Assembly: GCA_965247255.1 (NCBI GenBank)
Contig: CBDFGS010000007.1
Span: forward strand, 48,216-112,215
Length of the DNA: 64,000 nucleotides
Direction of reading: 5' to 3'
From: Dehalococcoidia bacterium
GTDB lineage: Bacteria; Chloroflexota; Dehalococcoidia; Lucifugimonadales; CAUZJF01
This document shows, one piece after another, positions 55,183 through 64,000 of the stretch. How positions within the stretch are numbered: the first letter of the stretch is position 1; every line of letters starts with the position of its first letter. Position numbers and translations under genes: made by a program. The notes beneath the pieces are model-generated. The model was not told where the DNA came from. It saw only the letters and a list, made by a program, of their open reading frames with translations, and did not search any database.

Positions 55183-56305
55183 CTATTGGTCCACTACCGA
55201 GCCGTCGATGTGGAGCCTCGTCTCTACCTCCCTTGGCACGGGCGGGTATCTCTTTGGGGCGTCGTCCGCTAGCTCCATGCCGATGCCGGGAGCGTCGGGG
55301 ATGACGAGGAAGCCGTCCTCCAGCTCAAGCGGGCGCTTGACGATTTCGCTCTTGGGGGGCTCAAGCTCTCCGGTCGGATACTCCTGGATGGCGAAGTTGG
55401 GTATAGAGGCGGCGAGCTGGAGGCAGGCGGCGGTGCTCACCGGACTCAGCGGGTTGTGGGGCACCACTTCGACGTAGTGTGCCTCGGCGACGGCCGCGAT
55501 TTTCTTGGTGTGCGTCAGGCCCCCCGCCAGACACACGTCGGGGCGGACGTACTGGACCGCGCCGCGCTTGAGCAACATCTCGAACTCGTGCACCGTGTGA
55601 AGGCGCTCACCGGTCGCGATGGGAATCGAGATCTTCGCGGCGACCTGCTCCATGGCGTCCAGGTTGTCCGGCAAGACAGGGTCCTCATAGAACATCGGGT
55701 AATACGGCTCGATGCCTTTCGCCAGCGTGATCGCCTCCGCCGGCGTCAGCCTGCGATGTATCTCGACGCACAGGTCAACGTCGTCGCCCGCGGCCTCCCT
55801 GCAGGCGGCGACGGTCTCGATGGCGTCCCGCATCTTGTCGGCGTGTGTCTTGAAGTACGGGTCCTTCCGGCTCTCGTCCAGGAAAGGGCTGAGGTGGCCC
55901 ACCGCGGTGAAACCGGCCTCCCTGGCGTCCTTCACACTCTGCACCAGCTTCTCCCTCGTATCGCCGAAAACGTGGTAGTAGACGCGGGCCCTGTCACGCG
56001 TCCTGCCACCCATAAGCTGGTACACGGGGACACCGAAGTGTTTTCCCGCGATGTCCCATAGGGCTATGTCGATCCCCCTTTCTCAATCGACACCAAACGG
56101 TGCGTTACTCGTGGGCAGTGGGCCTGGGCAAACCCGAAGACAGTTCCGATGGGCCTTCCGCATAGTAGACCCAGTGTCGCCCTACCCGGTTGCGCCTACG
56201 TGGGTCGCGACCAGAGTCATCCCATCAAGCGGAAGACGACCGACAACTGCTCCTGAAACAGTATACCCCACATTTCCCAGATCAGCCGCGTGGGTGCGTC
56301 GTAAT
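55183..56305 (-). pseudogene. Enolase-superfamily (mandelate racemase / D-galactonate-mannonate dehydratase-like) gene with decayed 5' region
   Basis: The C-terminal 280 codons are intact (IDIALWDIAGKHFGVPVYQLMGG.., FYEDP, ATGER, VRPDV, HNP). The same frame upstream contains an in-frame TGA (56083-56085) and TAG (56182-56184, where GATG*GD suggests a former GxTGWG). The N-terminal domain is shortened and abuts an IS. Confidence 0.6.
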
Positions 56306-56423
56306 CCGGTAAGAGTGCTGCCTATTTGAGCCGCATACCTGGGCATTATGGGCAGTGTGGGTGCTAGACTGGCCGAGCTAGCGGGTCTAGTTCTGGATAC
56401 CGCAATCTCGCTGGAGGCACCCA

Positions 56424-57755
56424 ATGGGTGAAAGCTCCGACACCCCTTTGAAGCTCCAATTCGACCGCAGAGTCCGCCTGGATTTTCGTGGCGCTACCAT
56501 CACCTCGGACGCCGGACTCCTGGCATGCCGCGAGCTTGATGCCGCTCTGGGGCTCACAGAGACAGCCAACGATTATATCCATGAAAGCCGCACCGGCCGC
56601 AATGTGCAACACCCGCTGTTGCCCTTGCTCAGACAATCGGTGTATAGCCGTCTCGCTGGCTACGAGGACACCAACGACGCTGAACGGCTTGCCCAAGACC
56701 CGGCTATGCGGGTCACCGTCGGGTGGCAAGGCACTGATAAGCAGGCAGCCAGCACTAACACTATGAGCCGATTTGAGACTGAGGTGTTAACCGAAGAGGA
56801 GAACCTGGATGGGCTTGCGCGCCTGAATGTTGAGTGGGTGGACAGGGCCATGGCCCACACATCTCACCAGCGAGTTATCCTAGACATGGACAGCTCTGAA
56901 AGCCCGGTGCATGGGCAGCAAGAGGGAGTCGCCTACAACGGCCACTTCGAGTCCGTATGTTATCACCCGCTCTTCCTGTTCAACCATTTCGGAGATTGCG
57001 AAGGTGCAATGCTTCGCCCGGGCAACGTCCACAGCGCTGAGCGGTGGCGGGAGGTTCTGGAGCCAGTCGTGAAGCGATACCAGGAGAAAGGAGTCCGGCT
57101 GCTGTTCCGGGCCGATGCTGCCTTTGCCAAGCCCGAGGTGTACGAGTACCTGGAGTCAAGGGACACTGGCTACGCTATGCGGCTTCCGGCCAACGAGGTA
57201 TTACAACGAAACATCTGCCACCTACTGAAGCGGCCCGTGGGCAGGCCGCCTAAGAAGCCCGTAGTCCGGTATCACGACTTCGTTTACCAGGCCCAGAGCT
57301 GGGACATTCCCCGGCGTGTGGTCGCCAAGGTGGAGTGGCACCAGGGTGAGCTATTCCCGAGGGTCGGGTTCGTCGTCACCAACCTCAACCTACCGCCGGC
57401 AGGCGTAACCCACTACTACAACGGGCGGGGCACGGCCGAGCAGTGGATCAAGGAAGGTAAATACGCCCTGAACTGGACGCGGCTCTCGTGTCATAGGTTC
57501 GTTGCTAACCAGGTGAGGCTGTGGCTGTTTGTGCTGGCCTACAACCTGGGCAACTTCATGAGAAGGCTGACTTTGCCAGAGTCAGTGAAACACTGGTCAC
57601 TGCGAAGCGTGCAGACCAAGCTCATCAAGATGGGTGGACGTCTGGTGCGGCATGCCAGGAGGTTGGTGTTTGGGCTTGCTGAGGTGGCAGTGTCCCGGGA
57701 GGTATTCCGGCAAGTGTTGGAGCGTATCGCCGGGCTCCATCCAGCACCAGGGTAG
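56424..57755 (+). CDS. IS1380-family DDE transposase
   Basis: 443 aa (ITSDAGLLACRELD.., LAGYEDTNDAERL, VILDMDSS, LLFRADAAFA, NGRGTAEQWIKEGK). The C-terminal 205 aa are identical to the partial copy at 63354-64000. Confidence 0.85.
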   Translation: MGESSDTPLKLQFDRRVRLDFRGATITSDAGLLACRELDAALGLTETANDYIHESRTGRNVQHPLLPLLRQSVYSRLAGYEDTNDAERLAQDPAMRVTVGWQGTDKQAASTNTMSRFETEVLTEEENLDGLARLNVEWVDRAMAHTSHQRVILDMDSSESPVHGQQEGVAYNGHFESVCYHPLFLFNHFGDCEGAMLRPGNVHSAERWREVLEPVVKRYQEKGVRLLFRADAAFAKPEVYEYLESRDTGYAMRLPANEVLQRNICHLLKRPVGRPPKKPVVRYHDFVYQAQSWDIPRRVVAKVEWHQGELFPRVGFVVTNLNLPPAGVTHYYNGRGTAEQWIKEGKYALNWTRLSCHRFVANQVRLWLFVLAYNLGNFMRRLTLPESVKHWSLRSVQTKLIKMGGRLVRHARRLVFGLAEVAVSREVFRQVLERIAGLHPAPG

Positions 57756-57901
57756 CGATTATCCTTGAGGTCATCAGAGGTGAAGAGAGGCAACCAAGGG
57801 CGAGGTGCGTGCCCGGAGGAGTTTGAAGGGAGTGCAAACGTGGTGAAAGCCACCTCCGCTGCCTGGGGCCGCTAACTCACCACGCCGAGAGATGGTTCTG
57901 T

Positions 57902-57918
57902 GAGCTTGATTGGATGGT
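57902..57918 (+). repeat. 17-bp direct duplication flanking nested IS (left copy)
   Basis: GAGCTTGATTGGATGGT is repeated exactly at 60536-60552. It is present only once in uninterrupted copy B (63191-63207). Confidence 0.85.
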
Positions 57919-58176
57919 GTCGTTGTCCAGTGAAAATGTCAGTGTAATTGTTCAGTGATTATGTCAGTAGTCGTCTTCTCCAGGGGTGGTCGGGTGCCGG
58001 TCTCCTTGGGTGGTCGGCGCTCCGTTCCGTCGCTCAGCGCCCCCAGGGGGAATGAGGGGGCCTGTGGAGCCGGACGCTGTGCTGTTGACAGGGAGCAGGC
58101 CGTTGGAGCGCCGTCCGTTGCGGGCTCTGAGGGTCAGGGGGCCTGGTGGGGCCGGCTCTGCTGCCAGAGTCCTCCC

Positions 58177-60315
<2,139 letters not shown>

Positions 60316-60330
60316 CTTTCAAGACAGTTG

Positions 60331-60480
60331 CTTCCTGTACGCTGCTAGCAGTCGCCACGTATGGCGCTCGCTCACTCCCATCAGCCCAGACGCCGAAGCC
60401 ACCGTCACCTTGCCCTCGATCACTCCGTTCATCACCTGGATCCTCGTCTGTTCCTTGGTCGTCAACGTCAGTCCTTTCAT
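60331..60480 (-). pseudogene. rve-type transposase, N-terminal fragment (HTH region)
   Basis: Manual translation gives MKGLTLTTKEQTRIQVMNGVIEGKVTVASASGLMGVSERHTWRLLAAYRK, which continues in frame into 59157-58177 once the IS110 element is removed. Confidence 0.7.
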
Positions 60481-60535
60481 AGACTGACATTTTCATTGAA
60501 CAGTTACGACCTGACATAATCATTGAACATCTACA

Positions 60536-60552
60536 GAGCTTGATTGGATGGT
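60536..60552 (+). repeat. 17-bp direct duplication flanking nested IS (right copy)
   Basis: GAGCTTGATTGGATGGT, identical to 57902-57918. Confidence 0.85.
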
Positions 60553-60664
60553 TGACGGCATCCGTGAGTGATGCTACGATGGCTCTCGTCGAGGATGGTG
60601 CGTTACTTGGGTCCAGGCAGCTTGATATGGGTAATTCCGGCTAGAGCGTACGATGGAGGTAGCT

Positions 60665-61228
60665 ATGATCTTCAGATACAAACGCGGGCTTCCAATGTTC
60701 TTACTCCTCTGGATGTTGTGCACGCTGACCTTCGCGAACCAAAGCTTCGCTGGCTCGCAGCCGACCCTCTCGTCATTGCTCTCGGATGATAGCTGGCAGC
60801 AGTTCCAAGAGCTGACACCGGCCGTACAGTCTGTAATTCGCGACAGCATGCTTCCGCAGGTCTTGAAGAAGGTTCCGGCTGAGAGCCAGCAAGCAGCAAT
60901 GGAGAGCATCACAAGAGTTACACACGAGCAAAATTCCGGTGGCGGAATATTCGCTGGAAGAGGGGGATGGATGTACGGCGTGGATCTCGCATTAGGATCC
61001 ACGATCGGCTGGACCGCAAATACGACACAAAAGGACTGGATGCACGTGGACATGGAGTTTGAAACACCATATTCCTGGCGGGACGTGGACTCCTGTAGCA
61101 ATTGCTATAGTGCCATCGCTTGGCTGCCTAAACCCGCAGGACCCGGCTACTACAACTTAACTGGGAAACACCAAGGCCAATATCCAGTTTGGGGACGTCT
61201 CAGCTTCGATACGGGATGGGTTGAATAG
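60665..61228 (+). CDS. Secreted hypothetical protein (~187 aa)
   Basis: Signal-peptide-like MIFRYKRGLPMFLLLWMLCTLTFANQSFA. GGAGG lies 5 nt upstream of the ATG at 60665. The gene starts 25 nt beyond the IS1380 copy A right end, on the same strand. No family recognised. The listed ORF starts at 60653. Confidence 0.55.
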   Translation: MIFRYKRGLPMFLLLWMLCTLTFANQSFAGSQPTLSSLLSDDSWQQFQELTPAVQSVIRDSMLPQVLKKVPAESQQAAMESITRVTHEQNSGGGIFAGRGGWMYGVDLALGSTIGWTANTTQKDWMHVDMEFETPYSWRDVDSCSNCYSAIAWLPKPAGPGYYNLTGKHQGQYPVWGRLSFDTGWVE

Positions 61229-61339
61229 GCCGTCCATCATGCTTGGGTCGTGACTTCGGATTCAGAACCCGACCATCACCAACCTAGTTCCAACAGGCCA
61301 TGGAGTACATAGTACAATGGTGGCGCGAGAGGGTGCACG

Positions 61340-62776
61340 ATGATCGAATTGGACCATTCAGCGGTAATCAAAGCGACGCTGGCAGGGTTCGTCCTTTTGG
61401 TAGGCCAGGCCTGTGCCGAGACCACCCCCGAGCCCACGAGATCGGCGCCTCCGCAACTGACACCTGATACGAACCTAGGAGTTCAATCGGTTCGGCCCGC
61501 TGCCGGGTCTGAGCCCGGCTTCGCCGTGCCCCATCCCGCGAACTTCGAGAGCGTCCTCTCGGGCGAAACCCTCGCCTTGTACCGGGCCCTGCCACCCGAG
61601 TTTCAAGAAGCGCTGCAAGCCTACGCCGCGTGGGGGATAGCGCTTGACCTGGTGCCCGTCTTGGTTGACCAGAAGATGCGGCAATGGCGATCCAAGCCCG
61701 CCCCGATGAGTGAGGTCCTAACAACGATCGGCTATCAGAAGTTTCAGGACCTAGCCCCCAGGTTGTACAAGCAGGCCCTGTACCTGTTGTACTTCTACCC
61801 ATACGTCCTCGCCACCGAAGAGAGTCCCGCCGCGCAGCAGCGGGCCCTTGAGCGAATGGTGTCAGCGATGCACGAGGGCGAACCGTCCGACCGCTACGAG
61901 CCGTTATTGCCCCGAGACGCGGCTGTCTATGAGTTCACCGATCGTGAAACCAACCTACCTCTAGACCTTCACGAAATCCTCACCAGTGACATCCTGACCC
62001 GGTATCAGAGCTTACCCTTCGAATATCAACAAGCGCTTCGGGACTACGCACGCACCATCACAGATACCCAACAGATACCTATAGCCGTCGGGCACGGTGT
62101 GCTGAACCTGCCGGAGAGCGCCGGACCTCTGAAGGACATCCTCTCGCCGGACGCTTACGAAAAGTTCAAGGGGCTTGCTACCCCCGTCAAGGTCGTCTAC
62201 GTGCTGGCCTGGTACCCGGAGGTACTGAAACATTTGCGAGACCCGGACCTCAGAAAGCAGAATCTCGAACAGCTTGCCGTGGCAATGCACGAGGAGATGT
62301 ACGCGGAACAGCATTCAATCCATTACTGTCTAAGCAACCTTGAGGGTGTCCTATTACCGGAGGCAATTCGCAGACTCGACTCTCTAGGGCCGAATCTGCA
62401 ACAGGCCTTCCCGGATTCATTGAGATTTGAGCCGTTCAACTACGATATGCTTCTTCCACTGTCGATTAAGCAGTGGGAGGTGTTCCTCCTCAAGGCGCCT
62501 CCTGGCCTGGAGATGCCGTCCCTTGAAGACAAGCTTTCGGAGGAGGGGCGGCAGCAGTTCCGAAGACTTTCCCTCGACCACCAACGCGTCCTACGAAATA
62601 GACAGTATGTCTCCCCGATATTGTCGCGTGCCGGCGGGCTCGCGTCACATAGCCCCAAAGGCACCCTGCCTTCGAACATCCTGGAGTTCTATGGACGAGG
62701 GTTGCCGTCGGAGCTCTCGAAGTTGCTGGTCTCCCAGATAACGCCATGGTCGGGTGGCTGTGCATCGGCCGCCTGA
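61340..62776 (+). CDS. Secreted/lipid-anchored hypothetical protein with three tandem ~110-aa modules
   Basis: 478 aa. N-terminal hydrophobic segment ATLAGFVLLVGQACA. Recurring motif L(S/T)xxxLxxYxxLPxE(F/Y)QxAL and duplicated ..LERMVSAMHE / ..LEQLAVAMHE. No family recognised. Confidence 0.6.
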   Translation: MIELDHSAVIKATLAGFVLLVGQACAETTPEPTRSAPPQLTPDTNLGVQSVRPAAGSEPGFAVPHPANFESVLSGETLALYRALPPEFQEALQAYAAWGIALDLVPVLVDQKMRQWRSKPAPMSEVLTTIGYQKFQDLAPRLYKQALYLLYFYPYVLATEESPAAQQRALERMVSAMHEGEPSDRYEPLLPRDAAVYEFTDRETNLPLDLHEILTSDILTRYQSLPFEYQQALRDYARTITDTQQIPIAVGHGVLNLPESAGPLKDILSPDAYEKFKGLATPVKVVYVLAWYPEVLKHLRDPDLRKQNLEQLAVAMHEEMYAEQHSIHYCLSNLEGVLLPEAIRRLDSLGPNLQQAFPDSLRFEPFNYDMLLPLSIKQWEVFLLKAPPGLEMPSLEDKLSEEGRQQFRRLSLDHQRVLRNRQYVSPILSRAGGLASHSPKGTLPSNILEFYGRGLPSELSKLLVSQITPWSGGCASAA

Positions 62777-62979
62777 CACGCTAGGTGCCGCCCTCGGCGC
62801 GGTACGGACGAGGCCGTGGGGGAGAAGTCCCGTATACTGATGTGTTGTCATCAGCAAGCTGGGACGGAATGGGCCCTGAGGCTGGTCGGCTATGGTAACC
62901 ACGGTCGTGCTGGCGGTGGCGCTCACAGAAGCGTTGGTCGGGCTGTATATGTGCAGTAGGAACTGCTCGCCGCCCAGCT

Positions 62980-63102
62980 CTAGTCCGGAATAGATGGATG
63001 GGCTACCTCGGGTGCAATAGGCTTATTGTAGGAAAAGTCCGACAGACCCAATGCATGGCCGGCCTCGTGGACCATGAGTGCGTAGTTTTCGAATCCCTTG
63101 TC
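62980..63102 (-). pseudogene. 3' remnant of a zinc metalloprotease gene truncated by IS1380 copy B
   Basis: Manual translation from the IS boundary gives DKGFENYALMVHEAGHALGLSDFSYNKPIAPEVAHPSIPD*, with an HExxHxxGxxD motif (metzincin/snapalysin-like). Confidence 0.5.
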
Positions 63103-64000
63103 CCGGAATTACCCATATCAAGCTGCCTGGACCCAAGTAACGCACCATCCTCGACGAGAGCCATCGTAGTATCACTCACGGATGCCGTCAACCATCCAAT
63201 CAAGCTCACAGAACCATCTCTCGGCGTGGTGAGTTAGCGGCCCCAGGCAGCGGAGGTGGCTTTCACCACGTTTGCACTCCCTTCAAACTCCTCCGGGCAC
63301 GCACCTCGCCCTTGGTTGCCTCTCTTCACCTCTGATGACCTCAAGGATAATCGCTACCCTGGTGCTGGATGGAGCCCGGCGATACGCTCCAACACTTGCC
63401 GGAATACCTCCCGGGACACTGCCACCTCAGCAAGCCCAAACACCAACCTCCTGGCATGCCGCACCAGACGTCCACCCATCTTGATGAGCTTGGTCTGCAC
63501 GCTTCGCAGTGACCAGTGTTTCACTGACTCTGGCAAAGTCAGCCTTCTCATGAAGTTGCCCAGGTTGTAGGCCAGCACAAACAGCCACAGCCTCACCTGG
63601 TTAGCAACGAACCTATGACACGAGAGCCGCGTCCAGTTCAGGGCGTATTTACCTTCCTTGATCCACTGCTCGGCCGTGCCCCGCCCGTTGTAGTAGTGGG
63701 TTACGCCTGCCGGCGGTAGGTTGAGGTTGGTGACGACGAACCCGACCCTCGGGAATAGCTCACCCTGGTGCCACTCCACCTTGGCGACCACACGCCGGGG
63801 AATGTCCCAGCTCTGGGCCTGGTAAACGAAGTCGTGATACCGGACTACGGGCTTCTTAGGCGGCCTGCCCACGGGCCGCTTCAGTAGGTGGCAGATGTTT
63901 CGTTGTAATACCTCGTTGGCCGGAAGCCGCATAGCGTAGCCAGTGTCCCTTGACTCCAGGTACTCGTACACCTCGGGCTTGGCAAAGGCAGCATCGGCCC
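63103..64000 (-). mobile_element. IS1380-family element, copy B (inverted relative to copy A; continues beyond window)
   Basis: The terminal 251 nt plus the transposase 3' part match copy A. I saw one mismatch in the terminal 88 nt (60573 G versus the complement of 63170 T). This copy lacks the nested IS. Confidence 0.8.
63354..64000 (-). CDS. IS1380-family transposase, partial (5' end outside window)
   Basis: The translated 205 aa are identical to the C-terminus of 56424-57755. The open frame continues to the window edge. Confidence 0.85.
   Translation of the reverse strand, partial: ADAAFAKPEVYEYLESRDTGYAMRLPANEVLQRNICHLLKRPVGRPPKKPVVRYHDFVYQAQSWDIPRRVVAKVEWHQGELFPRVGFVVTNLNLPPAGVTHYYNGRGTAEQWIKEGKYALNWTRLSCHRFVANQVRLWLFVLAYNLGNFMRRLTLPESVKHWSLRSVQTKLIKMGGRLVRHARRLVFGLAEVAVSREVFRQVLERIAGLHPAPG

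Noticed and set aside
56083-56184. In-frame TGA and TAG in the enolase-superfamily gene as possible recoding events (selenocysteine or pyrrolysine).
   Set aside because: Two different stop codons lie in a shortened, poorly conserved N-terminal domain next to an IS insertion. The TAG replaces an expected Trp codon. No SECIS-like hairpin was noticed. Pseudogenisation is the simpler explanation.
56306-56423. Attempt to define the IS1380 copy A left inverted repeat and target duplication.
   Set aside because: Candidate matches to the right-end sequence (CCGGTAAGAG..GCTGCCT at 56306; CCGCAATCTCGC at 56401) are weak, and no flanking duplication matches either inner flank. The boundary cannot be fixed without the outer end of copy B, which lies outside the window.
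62645-62926. A 93-aa minus-strand ORF overlapping the 3' end of the 478-aa gene, considered as a frameshifted continuation of the metalloprotease remnant.
   Set aside because: There is no protease-like motif. It overlaps a better-supported convergent gene, and the upstream remnant already ends at a stop codon. The evidence is insufficient.

Overview
This is a high-G+C bacterial chromosomal segment with about 60 supportable genes, no rRNA or tRNA genes, and no CRISPR array. Short GC-rich intergenic repeat families look like those I associate with Chloroflexota-type genomes, but that is a weak inference from memory. From 1-31.9 kb there are housekeeping and repair genes (nfo, yebC-ruvC-ruvA, uvrB, htrA, DUF59-mrp Fe-S carriers, an M50/CBS protease, an MbfA-like iron exporter). 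These are mixed with catabolic paralogs: two tandem M20 amidohydrolases, glycerate kinase, a lutABC lactate-utilisation operon with an M28 peptidase gene between lutB and lutC, three DHDPS-family genes, a Gfo/Idh/MocA dehydrogenase and an SMP-30 lactonase. From 31.9-55.2 kb lies an accessory-looking stretch. It holds a beta-lactamase-fold lipoprotein lacking SxxK and YxN, an SCO1664-like kinase plus DUF3090 pair placed divergently to a phosphonoacetate-hydrolase-like enzyme, an orphan larB, an ABC exporter, a URO-D/MtaA-like protein and NHL plus DUF1800 proteins. It also holds a sugar island (TIM-barrel isomerase, GH-like protein, BNR/sialidase-like protein, beta-propeller protein, two aldo/keto reductases), an extended nitrilase-superfamily enzyme and an Eis-like GNAT. 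The most unusual region is 55.2-64 kb. An enolase-superfamily gene is decayed next to an IS1380-family element. That element is interrupted by an rve-type (ISNCY/IS1202-like) IS flanked by a 17-bp direct duplication, and the inner IS is itself split by an IS110-family element. The 195-nt 5' non-coding end of the IS110 element contains short matches to its own target and donor junctions, which makes it a bridge-RNA candidate. A second, inverted IS1380 copy brackets a more A+T-rich 2.5-kb segment encoding two secreted proteins of unknown function and a metalloprotease remnant. Start codons, IS1380 left boundary and all family assignments were made by eye from motifs and need database confirmation.
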